A stretch of DNA of 62,913 nt, filler included, from Rhabdomonas costata (GCA_019059605.1; 34 parts of 34 records of this genome joined end to end with filler, not necessarily neighbours in it), one strand, 5' to 3'. Counted from the first letter of the whole stretch, positions 36,201-49,269 are shown. A program made the numbers and translations. Notes: generated by a model from the letters alone, not told the origin.

Positions 36201-38952
36201 TGGCGCAGATGGCGCCAGTTGGATCCAGACGAGGTGATGGAAAGATATGTCTTATGTCGGTAGAGCGAGTGGTACAGTGCGGTTTACGGTATAAATGATA
36301 ACATGGTTGGGATAGTACACTGAGGGCGGAACCTTTGCATGCAGAGTTCGCAGTCAACCATGAAAAGGATCCCTGAGATAAAATTTAGCACGAGTCAAGC
36401 TCAGTTCAGTTCAAATATCAACAAGAAAATACGCTCTGAGGTTGGAGAGAGCAGGACGTGTGCAAACAAGCAAAGCGTGAAAATACACCTTGGGTGCCGA
36501 ACAGCATAGAGCCAGCCAGGAATCGAGATATTTATTCTGGGGAGGGCAGCAAGATCCAACGTGTACTTAAGGCCAAGTATACAGTTTCGCACTTCAACTG
36601 TAACATGTCGCTGTTGCAGTGCACCAGTGGCCCAGAACACTAGAAGCAGGTGAACCTGAAAGTCCAAAGGTATGGAGGCAAAATGGAGCCCTTGCTAACA
36701 GTACCATGAAACCGTGCCACATGTGAAATCTCCTCCTCTGCACTGTCTGTGCGGTGGGTAAGGGTGAATGAATCGCCACGGCACAAGGTAAAGTATTCAA
36801 AATAAAAATTGTCGTGACAACCAAATATGAGGAGAAAAGACGGATGTGACAAGAACAGTACGGAAGCTCACCGTTCACGCGCCGTTGAGCACCGCCCAGA
36901 ACCCGAGATGTGATGCCTAGGACGGCTGGATTTCTTTTTCGAGCACACGGGATGCAAATGNNNNNNNNNNNNNNNNNNNNNNNNNNNNNNNNNNNNNNNN
37001 NNNNTTAATTAATTAANNNNNNNNNNNNNNNNNNNNNNNNNNNNNNNNNNNNNNNNNNNNGTCATACCCGTCGCGGTATGGGGTAAGGACTGGTGGCTAC
37101 GCCGAGGGAGCTGCATACGTCTGCCAGTGGCCCTCGCTGTCGTCCCCCGGCGCTTGCTGCGCAGAGCCCATCGCCCGGAACGGCTGTGCCAGCGCGGGAT
37201 TTGTGTTGCCGCGGCCCCCCCGCAGGCACCGCTGTGCGCTGCACCCCAAGGCCACCCCACTCGGAGTCACCCCACAAGTGCCCTTTGCCGCAGTGAGCGC
37301 GCTGTTGCGCTTTTCCTTTCCAGTACGAGAGATCGCCTTCCAGTGCCATGGACGAAGAGATTCGATGGGAAATTTTGTGGGACATGGGGCGTGATCGATC
37401 TCCTTTAGTCTTCCCCTTCCAGGTGACCTTCACAAACAGCTCAGGCGGTTTCTAATCCGTCGGTAAAGAACGCATCGCCATATTTCTGCCACATTTCATG
37501 CTGGAAGGGACCTCTGCGGGCCTTGTGGCCTGTTCAGCTCCTCAGCGCACCTCGTGCAAATAGGCGTTAGTTCGATTCCCGCGTTTTTTTTTTGTGGGGG
37601 CCATGCTTCGGCATGGTTGAAACTTCGCTTGGCAGCCATTGGAGTATTTTCCTTTGTGTTTCCCTGTTTTGCGTCATCGAGTTCACTGTGGCCAACTGAT
37701 TTTCGTACTCTTTTTCGTACCCACAAAGGGCGGCTGGAACGCTGGATCATACTCTCCCTCTTTGATTTTCACACCGGCTGGGCTCTCCACATCTTTCCTC
37801 GTGGTGAATCAATCTTAGCGGCTGCATCGCTTTGCGTTTTCCCTGCCAGACACGAACGCCCTCCAGCGTTGGGGTGGCAGCGAGCTCGTCGCCTTGTGCT
37901 CAGAACGCCGAAATACCTCACGGTATCCTGCTTTGTCCTTTTAACTGTGCGCCAGTGAAGGGGATGAAATCAATATCTTTATGAAGCATGTCTTCATGCC
38001 CCATCGACTCTGCTAGTGTGGCTTTCGTCAGAGATCGTGAGCAAGGACTACAGGATATCTACTCCTTCTGTCTCAATCTTTCGGTGCAGGTGTCCTTCAG
38101 GACGAAGCAGGCAGCTCCGCGCAGGCGGGCACCATGACTCATGTGGTGGTGGGGAACACTTTGCCTGCGTCAAAACCCACGTACGTTCAGTCGCTCACTG
38201 CCTGTTGGGTCGGTTAGGCCGGTGTGTCTTCATCAGGGTTGGCTGCGCACTGGGTTGGGTTTCGTCGGTAAATTGGCTGGAATTGGTGTGCTACTGCTCC
38301 CCACCTTCCATGTCTTCCCCTTCCCCTTGGGGAGCACATTTCTTCTTTTTTGCTGTGCCAAAGGCGCCCCCTACCTCCAACTTTCCGCAGTGAAAGCAGT
38401 CGAAGATTCGACCAAAAATCAACTTCGGCGTCACTCTCTCGACTCCTGTCTCTTCCCGCTTCACTTTAGAAGGGAGAACCACGAAACGCCGGACTTGATA
38501 TGCTGTTTCACCTGTTCCCTGATGAACGCAAAACTTCTCACTTTTCATCTAAAGCGGCCGTATTAATTCCCAGACGTTCTCGATCTCTTCCCCCTCCTCC
38601 CAATTCATTCCCTTTCCCCCTTCCCCTGCTTGTTGGCCTGTTTTTGTTGTTGTATTTTGCTTTTTGTCCTTGCGGAACCTGGAACATGCGCTTTTGAGGA
38701 TTTGGGAATCAAATGTATCGGCAAAATGATAGGTATGCGTGGATTTAATTTTCTGCTGCTTTTCCTGCGTGTTTGTGTGTGTGTGTGTGGCTTCCAACAC
38801 CACNNNNNNNNNNNNNNNNNNNNNNNNNNNNNNNNNNNNNNNNNNNNTTAATTAATTAANNNNNNNNNNNNNNNNNNNNNNNNNNNNNNNNNNNNNNNNN
38901 NNNTTTGTTTGGTGTGGTAGTTATTCTCCTCGCTATCAATTCTCTGCTCTGT

Positions 38953-40180
38953 ATGCGCCGCCTTGTCTCAGCGGCAGCCCGCTCCTTGCGCTTCTGCGAG
39001 TCCTCCCATCGTCTCCTCGCATCATTTCATTCCCGAATGAATACCCTCGCGGGTGCCCCACAGCCGGCAGTGCTGGCCTACCATGAGCGGACTAAGCATC
39101 ACTACGACCGCATGGCCAAATCCCTGGGATACATGGACTGGGACACCCAGCCCGACCCCTTCCGGCGCTTCCCCGGTGCTCCCCTGATCGACCTTCCCAC
39201 CCCCGCAGAACCCTCAGCGCTTCCTGCACCGTACGGAAGCCTGTATGGGCCGGTCCCGGCTGCCTCTGCCCAGCCCTTGACCCTGCAGGTCCTCTCGAAC
39301 TTCCTCTATTACAGCATGTCCATCTCAGCAATCAAAAGGGCGGGCTCCGCGTCCTGGGCGGTGAGGGTGAACCCCTCCTCGGGAAACCTGCACCCCAGCG
39401 AGTGCTACGTTGTGCTGCCTCCGATCGACGCGGCTCAGGCTGGAGTGTACCACTACTCCCCGCAGAGCCACGAGCTCGAGCTTCGGGTATCGCCTTTTTT
39501 GTGCTGCATCTGCGTTTGTTCTGCGGTAGTTTCGTGAGGCTCCTGGCTTCCGGGTCTTCAGTCCCGCGGTCCATTATTACAACCGTGCTGCTGTTGCCGC
39601 TGGTTGTGCCCGGACGTGGGAATTGTTTTCACTCTTCGTCTCGTGGCGCCGTGTTGTAGAGGAGCTACGAGCAGCTGTTCTTGGCCGAATCAAACGCAGT
39701 TGGAAAACGCAGGGAAATGACAGTGGTGCAGTCGATTTCGACGGTGGGGGGAGCGGGAGCATCCACTCACACTTACACTCACACATACACACATTGGGGT
39801 TGCAGGTGGGAATAATTCACCAAAAAGTACATGACAACGGCACAACTTCAACTGGCTACGCACACATCTACATCTACATTCTACATCTGTCCGACAATGG
39901 TTCATTAATGATTTCCTTCTCGCGGTAGCAAATGGTGCATCTATGCCATGTGCACACCCAACAACGGATCATCAGATCAGCCAGTGCGCTGCGCACTTCT
40001 ACACATGTGCTCAATATCGGAGGAGACCCGCGCGCCCCCGCCTGACAGGCCTCCCTCAGCCCTGAGCTCTGGACCAGGCTGGCCGCAGGACTTACGCAGG
40101 GCTGCTTTCTGGTGGGGCTCTCTTCCATTCACTGGAGAGAAAGCTGGAAGTACGGCGAGCGGGCGTTCCGCTACTGCCAG
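38953..40180 (+). CDS. SagB/ThcOx-family nitroreductase-like oxidoreductase with N-terminal targeting peptide, partial
   Basis: Exons 38953-39486 and 40049-40180. Motifs YHERTKH, MDWDTQPDPFRRF, RVNPSSGNLHPSECY, GVYHY and LSSIHWRESWKYGERAFRYCQ. Arg/Ser/Ala-rich leader MRRLVSAAARSLRF. Confidence 0.92.
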
Positions 40181-42405
40181 GCCTGCCCGCCGCGTTGAAC
40201 CCTCCTTCGATTTTTTTGGACACCGATCGATGTCCCTTGGTGCTGAGGAAAAATATACAAAATGGGCCAAATGTCATATTAAACCAAATTCCATACCACC
40301 CCCGGACTGTTCACGTGGGCTTGACGCCCTCTTTGTTGTGTTCATGGTGTCACCAGCTGGTTGTTCTCATGTAAATTTCGGGATTCGTCGATTCTGTGCA
40401 TCGTCATAAAATGAAAAAAAGAACCTGCCTCTTTTTGATCTTTTGGACGAGTAAGTATATAATAAGGTACGTTACACCGTAAACTTAGAACCACAGAATT
40501 CTTCTGTTTCAGCTGTTTTGTGCTTCCCAAGCAGAAAGTCTACCCGTGTAAGGACCAAAATCCACACAACCCGCAGGCGTGATGTGGAAGCATTCCCGCT
40601 GGGTACAAAAATCGAAATTTTTCTCGCGCATACAGCGCGTAGCAACACAACCCAACNNNNNNNNNNNNNNNNNNNNNNNNNNNNNNNNNNNNNNNNNNNN
40701 TTAATTAATTAANNNNNNNNNNNNNNNNNNNNNNNNNNNNNNNNNNNNNNNNNNNNAAAAGAAGAACCCGCAGACACAACGCACCGCTCACCTCCTTGTT
40801 TTTTTTTGAAGAGAAAAGCAGAAACAAAGGCGGCCACAACTGTGCTGTGGGTGGCTGTGCGGGACCGTGACGCACTGCACATCACTGACACCCTTCAATG
40901 TCATCCTACTTGAATGAATGGTTCAAGCTTTGGGCCACAAAATATACCGATGTCCGAGTTAAATGTAACAATAATTTTTTAAGTAAAACTTCACAGGTTC
41001 TTTCTTGGGTTGTGAGTGTAACGGCTGCAGGTGGGTGTTTGGCCCGCGTCATCTCAAAAGTAAGAAGTTGGGGTTTATGGCCATCTTGAGAGTGGCCGAG
41101 CCCAGGTTGCATACTTCGCGGGTCACACGGCTCCAAAGATATCGTAGCGTGCGCACCAGTTGGGCGAAGACGGTCGCCTTAAGTTGGCCTCACAAGAAAA
41201 AGTCCAGTGGGGAGGGGTCCGGTGACCTCGGTGGCCAAGGGACCGTAACCCCTGACCGTAAGAACATTCCCAGGAGAGACCCCGGCACCAGCTCCCGCCC
41301 CCATCCCTTCTGAGGGCTCGTAACGCTCCTGCTGAGCCGCAGCGATGGACCTCAGCACATGGGCCCTCTCTTCGACCCATTGTGCGAAACGGGTACGTGG
41401 TTTAGGAACCCTAACCAATAAAATGGAGAACCACCCACGGCACAAACCCAGCACCATCCCAACCAACACAATTAAAATAATTCAAAAAAATTATTGTTAA
41501 CTGGGACAAAGGCTGCGGTGTTCGAGAGGAATCGCGATCAACCCAAACCCCCAGAACACCCACGGTTACTTAACTTGATCGGCAGAAGGCTTGATCCACT
41601 GCTCCTCTCTTCCCACATTTCGGTGGATATTGAGTCCACGCAGGCCTTCCAATCGTGGGTGGGATTTTCGGAGAGGGCAGAAGGCGTGCCAACCCCCAAC
41701 ACATCAGCCGAAACGAAGGCTATTAGTGAAGGGCAGTGACTCAGTGACCAAGGATTTCCGACTTGCAGGTGAAAAATGTGGACCCTGACATAAAGATGCA
41801 CCTTTTTCGACGCGAATCGCCTCCGAAATCCCCAAACGAGTTGCCCTCATTGCGGTGACGGTTAGCAATAATCACTGCCGGGACAGAATAACCTGCTGCA
41901 CATACACTTTATGAAAGAGCGCGAAACATAGCAGAAGCAGCACCACAACGGGGCAGACATCTGTACAAGCGACAAAGCCAAAGGGCTACAGCACCGCACG
42001 GCAAACCGGCACGTCACCCTGCAAAGCAGCAGAAGGCTCGCAGGAACGGAGAATGGGCAGCTCCAAGTTTCACAGAGAACACCAGAGAATCCTTAGAGAG
42101 AGAGAGAACCAATGGAAAGGGATAAGCAAGGCAAAGCGCACAAAGATAGATAAGAAGAGAATCGAAAGTCTGCAGACAGAGCCACCGTTCAAAGAATGGG
42201 AAGGTCAAGAACAGCACTTTCTCAGCGGACAGGAGCACAGCGTGATCAGGACACGACCATAATCCTCAGAATCTCAGCGGGTGAGCACAGGAATCCAAAT
42301 CTATAGAAATGAACACCTCCTTTCATTTCAAACAAGGCGCACGGCACTGCCTCCATGGACCATTGACACGACCACAAAGGCGTCCTCCGTGAAGCCCAAC
42401 CGCAC

Positions 42406-42508
42406 CGCCCCCTCCCCTCCACCGCCCCACAATACCACCGCCCCGTTCACCGCGACCTTCACGGTGAACGGGGCGGTGGTATTGTGGGGCGGTGGAAGGG
42501 AGGGGGCG
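42406..42508. repeat. 47-bp inverted repeat at contig end
   Basis: Arms 42406-42452 and 42462-42508, one mismatch. Confidence 0.93.
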
Positions 42509-42728
42509 NNNNNNNNNNNNNNNNNNNNNNNNNNNNNNNNNNNNNNNNNNNNTTAATTAATTAANNNNNNNNNNNNNNNNNNNNNNNNNNNNNNNNNNNN
42601 NNNNNNNNGGTGGGGTGTGAAATCGTGTGTCTTGCTTTTTTAGCGCTACCTCCCTCCCCTCCTTTCTCTTACGCTTTTCCATATGTCTCAAAATACGCAT
42701 TCTCCTGAAGTGACCATTCCTCGCGCAG

Positions 42729-44358
42729 TGCTGTGTGTGCTGCAGCGGCTTGAGCGGCGTGTCTGTGAGCCAGGCGACCCTCCCCAGCTGAGGCGCCAGA
42801 AAGTGTCCCTGGCTTGCTTTCTCTGCGTGGCGTGGCTGCTGCCGTTCTCCATGGGAGTGTTCTCTTGGTGGGCCATGGGGTTTCGAACTACCATTGGGCC
42901 CATGATCTCTCTGGGGTACTACTTCGGGTGCCTTCCGGTGATTTGGATCCTCGCGGCGATGTACTTCCGCACCAAGGCCGTGGCCTGGCCTCGCCTGATC
43001 TTCATGGCCCTGAACTGGATCTACTCCCCTGTCGCGCTGATCTCGCAGGGCGGTTTCCAGTACAACTCCTTCGTGGGGGTGCAGATCGTGCTGAACATCG
43101 TGTTCGCGCTGATTCTGTATGAGAGCTTTTCTGCAGCCGCGGTCTCCGCCACCCTGTCCTGTGCCACCATTGTGGTTTGTGCTTTGGTGGAGGCCACGAT
43201 GGGGCTGCCCGTGGCCTTCGAGTACGACCGCGTGGGGTCAGTTGTGTGGCACGCCACAGAGTGCTTCGTGGCTCCCCCGTTTATAATGCTTGCGCTGTGG
43301 TACCTGATCTTTGCAATGAGGCAAGAGATCCTGGAGCGCACGGTGGCCGAGGCTCGGGCCGTGGCTACGGCGGAGGCGCGGGCTGCCTTTGTGGCCCGGA
43401 TGTCGCACGAGATTCGCTCTCCGGTGCGTATCTGGCGGTCTGTCTTGATGCGTGCGTGAAGGCCGTTGGTAACCGTTATCCTTTTATCAATAGGGTTTCG
43501 TGGGTAGCTTCCTATACTAACTGTTCACTTTTCTGGGAGTTATTAAATGTTTTGACTGATGGTGTGATGCACACCGTCAGTCGTAACATTCAGTCCGTGC
43601 CCCCGCAAGGTCGGACTGGGTGGTTTCCGGTCAAAGATCGTCGCGGCTGTGATAGCGTCCTGTGCACGGGGTTGTTCGGTCCTCTGGACTATGCTGCATC
43701 AGCCTTCGATGGGTGTTTCTGGTTTTTCTGTGCAAATGGCCTCTTCTTCTTTTGAGTTTTCTGTTGGGTAACAGTCGGTTGGATTCAACCATAGCACATT
43801 CTTCCGTAACCTCAGCTCAGCCGACCAACAACCATCGAAACTCCCTATCTGAGCATCACATGAGAAAATTTTAATTTTCCTTTTAACTGTAAATGTCTTC
43901 TCAGAGTTCAAAAAACCTTCCGCCGTCAGCGCTGGTGATTCAAAATGTTGTTTAAAATAAAGGCAGTCACCAGTGTCAGGCAACACCACTTGGCTATACA
44001 TTGCCATAAGAAGACGATGGTATGGCCCGACAATATTTATATAGGTTCCGACGACTCCAGGTTGCATGTTTCATGTGGATTCTTTAGAGTTTTGGGGTGT
44101 TATGGTCCATATAAGATGTCATCCTGCGGGAAACTTGGTATTCGGGAACCGTGAAACTTGTCCATGCGATCTTTCGCTCGGCGATGTCTACGTGAATTTT
44201 ACGTTGATACAATAGCTCACGGGAATTATCGGTATGGCTGAGCTGCTTTCGAAGACCCCGCTGAGTGGCATTCAGAGGCAGTACACGGCCTCCATCGGGC
44301 TGTGTGGGAAGGCCCTGCTGGGCGTGATCAACGACGTGCTGACGTTCGCGAAGCACCA
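42729..44358 (+). CDS. Multi-pass membrane sensor histidine kinase (HisKA), partial, 2 exons
   Basis: Exons about 42729-43423 and 44216-44358, GT-AG. About six hydrophobic segments precede AFVARMSHEIRSP/LTGIIGMAELLSKTPLSGIQRQY...LLGVINDVLTFAK, an intact H-box. Confidence 0.92.
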
Positions 44359-44832
44359 CCCNNNNNNNNNNNNNNNNNNNNNNNNNNNNNNNNNNNNNNN
44401 NNNNNTTAATTAATTAANNNNNNNNNNNNNNNNNNNNNNNNNNNNNNNNNNNNNNNNNNNNAGCGAATTGAAATTTGCGTCGCTCGAGGAAAAGGGTTTG
44501 AAGGGACAGCGAAAAGGAATCTGGGAAGCGGAGATACAAAGCAGTATTATCTGGACCGTTGACGGCGTGCAAGGAGGCGTTTCACTGACGAGAGTAGTTC
44601 GGTTACGAGCACGACAGCGCTGCGATGCGATGCCAACGTCGATTCAGTGTGAGCATGCCATACCAGCGGTTGGAAATGGTGAAGGTGGGTGTGTATTCTG
44701 ACGCTACATGTGATTTTTGCTTCACTGTGTGTTAGGAAGTGAACGTTGTGTTTATTGATGTCCGCTCAGAAGCGGTGTAAGGAGGTCAGCATGCGTTGGG
44801 GTGTCTCTTTCTGGTTTCCGCCGTGTTCTCAG

Positions 44833-46214
44833 CACCCGGCCAGAGTTTCAGGTTCCCCCTGAGGGCCAACAGTACATGGCGACGAAGGAGCAGGAGCTGA
44901 CAGACATCATTGTGCAGTACATGGAGAGCCCCACGGTAAACCCTTACCGCGGCAGCGTCCCCGTGGAGCGCATTCAGAACATCGCGCGTTCGCGGCACTC
45001 TGACCTCTACGCGATCGTGGTGGGCACCAAGCACAACGGCTGGAGGCACTATGTGGAGCGGCACAGCGATGTCTTCCTGCTATTCACGGTGGAGGACGGC
45101 AAGTGGAAGGTACGGCTGAGGGAGAACGGGTGGCGAGAGAGTGGGCTTGGATGTGGAGGAAATCCACCCTCACTGCGCGGATTTGTATTGGAAGTCTTAA
45201 CTATGGGGCCCACAGCAGCCCCCATGATGACCAAGTGAAAAGAATTGACTCCAGGAATTTGAAGTTTTAAGTTGATGAAGATGTCACAGTTGATGAAGAT
45301 GTCACTTCAGTTGGAAAGGAAATCTATTTAAATCGTTTTAGGTTAGCCAGCTCGCCTTCATTTGCACTGCTCTTAAATAAGTGCCCTCGAAATCGAACAG
45401 TGCACTGCAGTCGAAGAATTCTGAAAATATTTTTTTATATTCTGCAAACTCACGGAACAGGCACAGTTTACAAAAAAGACGCGAGATTTGGGCTAAATAA
45501 AAACGGCTCCAATCTGTGTGACTCAAGGTCGGGGAAGTGCTGAAGCGGTAAAGTGAAGAGGGGGCATGATGCTGGAATTATTTAAGAAAAAGCGGGTGTA
45601 ACAACGGCTGTAACGAGAAAGAAGGCAAATCAGCCCGCATAAGAACCCGAGATGATAGCAACAATTGGATGGAGGAAAGAAAGGGAGATCTTGACAGATC
45701 AGCTGTCCTTGACTCATCTTTCGGTAACATTTTGGGACCATTCGCTCGGTCTTTGAGCCCGATGCTGTGTAGGAGTGTGGAAGTGGAGCCATTCAGCTGT
45801 CAAGGTGTTATGCGGATAAAGTAGACCCGAGGCCTTCTTGACAGTGAGGACGATAGCTGCATGTTAGGGGGTTGGGGTGGGGCGTATCTGCAGATGCGAC
45901 TGCACACACACACGGACTGGCAAATCGGGGACCAGAAGGAGCAGGCTGAGCGGACGCGGATGGAGCGGCACTTTGTGGCCTGCCTGACCGCCTTCCTGCG
46001 CAGCCGCACTCCCCAGAAGTGCCAGGTCGACGACTTCATTGCGGCATACCCCGAGCTTCCCCTGAACCAAGCCTACGAGCCCAAGCCCTTCCCTTCTCTC
46101 CCCGCCCGAGGAGACCTGGTGCGGTTCATCCGCCGCCACACCAAGCACTTCAGCTACAACCACTCCGAGTGGGAGATTACCCTGCAGCCTGACGCGGAAG
46201 CGGGAACCACCACC
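44833..46214 (+). CDS. Conserved-looking hypothetical protein with two possible winged-helix-like repeats, 2 exons
   Basis: Exons 44833-45109 and 45894-46214 join in frame via GT-AG. Internal similarity between WRHYVERHSDVF and LVRFIRRHTKHF. Confidence 0.7.
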
Positions 46215-47137
46215 NNNNNNNNNNNNNNNNNNNNNNNNNNNNNNNNNNNNNNNNNNNNTTAATTAATTAANNNNNNNNNNNNNNNNNNNNNNNNNNNNNN
46301 NNNNNNNNNNNNNNTTTTGGTACAGCACACCGTCGCTTCGGGCCTCAACTCAACAGAAACTTCCTAAGTAAAAACAAGAGCAGATTAACGGAAACTCGAC
46401 AATCGATCCGCAAACAGCAGCTCAAAGCACCACATTGTTCATTGGGTGACTGGGCGAAGCAAGAGCAGAACATTCTGACATGAAACTTGCAGTCAATGGC
46501 GCCAAAAGATTGATGCAAGGCGCAAACCTACCCACCAACCATCCCTCCCCTTCACGCTTCATCACCGCTGAAGTGGATACAAACTTCGCGGTCACCTTCA
46601 TCGCAGTAAAAACTGCGAAGCTACAAACAAAAAAAAGAGTGGAGGGCACTCAATAGTGGGTCAAAGACAAAAAGGAGTGGTTCCTGTCTAGAAATCTGTG
46701 CGAAACAAAGGAGACGGAGATACAGACAAGCGGAAAAACGGGGTGTCTTCAGAAAAAGGCGGAGCTTGTGATCCTTCGCAAGAAGAAGTGCTTCGCTTTG
46801 GAGTGCAAAAGAAAATCGTTTCTACCACTTTTTCTGGCCGAGAAGTGCTGTCATGTGAAAGAGCTTACACTGATGGAAGAGAGTACCTCAGGAACTAACT
46901 CTGGGACGAACGTCATCAGCCTCGTTTTAATTCTCTTTTCAAAAAATGGTCCCGAAAGAAAAACGCGGACATGGAACACAGTATACGCAATCTATGGCTT
47001 TTAAGCAGCTGCGAACTTTTTTCTTGAGGATATGGCAGAGGGTGCGGAATTTCTTCGAGCACAAGCTACCATTCCTACAACACGGTAAAACACGGTCACC
47101 CCATCTTCCCTCTCTTCCCCCGACTTTGCACTATCTT

Positions 47138-47999
47138 TCACAGAAGTAGCAGCCGAGCAGTATCCCGGAGCACATGGCTGTGAACATTGTGCAGGTAAAG
47201 CTCGCAGAGCTCCCTCCGCAGCGGCTCATAGTTGAGCAGGTTATGCTCCATTCGGTTGCGGGACATATCCACAACCTAGCAAAAGGATGCATAAGCACAA
47301 AGAAACAACCGTAGCCTCACCAGAACATCAGATAAGACCACCGTGCCGAGGGGCAAAAAATCCTCTCTCGCAGATGTAGACACATACGAAGGGAAGGGAA
47401 AGGAAAGAAGACAAGTGGAAGCCTTGAGATAAGTGAAGACAAGTGTGCGGCAAGGGAACAAGTGGGCAAGCAGGGACTTTCGACATATGGGGATGATGGG
47501 GGGGGGGACAAGAAAGAAGAGGAAAGGAGAGGAGGGAATTCTTTGGTGCCCTGTCTGTTGTGTAAGCACCTGGCACCTGGCGCTCATCCTACAACCTACT
47601 GCACCAGACATAATCCTAAACTCCTAAACGCTTTTCCTCGTCGGTGTTTCGACCTAATCTGTTGTTGCTTTTGTTGCACTGCTGACTGAGAACACTAATT
47701 CAATGTTTGAAAATACTCGCTCGCATCTGTTTACAGGCAAAACGTGAGATGAGGAGAAGCCAAAAGAGATGTGGTTCTGCTGAAAGCTGAAGGTCGGGCG
47801 GGAGTGCTGGGGAGCTACCAGCAAAGCATGGGAAAGCCTCAGAGCCTTCCGCTGAGCGAGCTCTAGCATGCGGCCCGGAGTCCCGACCACGATGCACACC
47901 ACAGAGGAGAGCTGCCAGAGCTGGGTGCTAATCTCGATGTGCTTCGCGAACAGCTTGAGCACGTGCTTACACGGCGGCTCGTTGAACGGCTTCAGGGCC
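47138..47999 (-). CDS. CMSS1: CMS1/CMSS1 ribosome biogenesis protein, last 2 exons
   Basis: Exons 47999-47819 and 47275-47138 (TGA). Protein: VLKLFAKHIEISTQ...IVVGTPGRMLEL...LL/VVDMSRNRMEHNLLNYEPLRRELCEL. KLFAKH followed by VGTPGR is the CMS1 signature. Confidence 0.85.
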
Positions 48000-49269
48000 C
48001 TTCACAGTTCACCGCAGCACTCACAAAATCATCACTGCCAACCCCCCCCCAACCACACCCAACACNNNNNNNNNNNNNNNNNNNNNNNNNNNNNNNNNNN
48101 NNNNNNNNNTTAATTAATTAANNNNNNNNNNNNNNNNNNNNNNNNNNNNNNNNNNNNNNNNNNNNGTGTGGGTGTGTTTGGTGGTGTGGGGTAGACAGGC
48201 TATTTGACGGGTACGAGCACCAGCACGAGGGTGCACTAAAGCAAACTTAACAATCCTGCGGTGGAGAGGTTGTTGTTTGTGATAGAAAGGCGCGCTCCTC
48301 GGATGCAGAAGAAGAAGGGCGTTAAGATCAACAATCAAGCAAACGCACACGCACGTTTAGGTCATCTTGTTTTTATCCGGTTTTTGCACCTCAGCAAAAC
48401 GCCTGTTTCGAACTGAACTTCATCCTCATTTTTGGTGGATACTAATTATATCATCTCCCTCAAGCGTGCAAGCGGGGCGAGAACAACAAGCAATGCCATC
48501 GTCCTCATCCTCCCTTCGCAAAGGCATGGTAGTAGACGAAACCAGCCAGTCGAAAAGAATGAAGTACACTTAATACCGCATCCAAAATTCTACAGATGGA
48601 AGAGGATATTCAAACTGAACAGTCATCATCTCATTTCCTCCTGGTCTTAAATCCTTCAGGGTTTTGCGGGATGCACGCCAGCGTTCCATCCACATTCCAC
48701 CTGCACCCGATGTCAAAGCCCCGCTCGGTCATAAACTAGAACGCAGCCCAAGAACGCAGCCCAAGAACAAAATGGTGAAACGAGGCGGATGCACAGGCGC
48801 ACTCAGAGCGAGGGGAAGCAATGGGGCACATGCAGACCGTGAACTTCGCTTTGCCCGGCGAGAGTGGTCGCTCGGCTTCGGCAGGGAACTGGGTGAAGAA
48901 GGCCTTGGGGTGACCAGCCAGGTATCGCGGCCCCGGTGGCTGCAACGGAATTGAACATTTCATATGCTCTGGACCATCTAAAATGAATAAGATTTCTTTT
49001 TTTTTCGAAAGCTCGCAACCCGAGCAAGGTGGGGAACCCGCAAAGGCGGTCTCTATCTCAAAATAAACGTGGGCGGCAAAATGGACGATGAGGATGGGGA
49101 CTAGAGAGCAACCAACACAAAAATCACACAAACTTATACAATGAGAGCATGACAGCGTGGCGGAGAGTGGTGGAGATGGAAGAGGAGTAACACAAAGACG
49201 AACCACCGTCAACTACCACGGGGAAGGAGGGGCATTTATGGGCTGGGAGGATCCGGTGAGCCTGATGGC

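Noticed and set aside
47144-47194. Plus-strand mini-exon MAVNIVQ with good AG/GT signals
   Set aside because: It is the antisense of the CMSS1 terminal exon, which explains the region better.
47840-47900. IVVGTPGR as a DEAD-box helicase
   Set aside because: No DEAD motif follows; the upstream KLFAKH and the nearby C-terminus identify CMS1/CMSS1.
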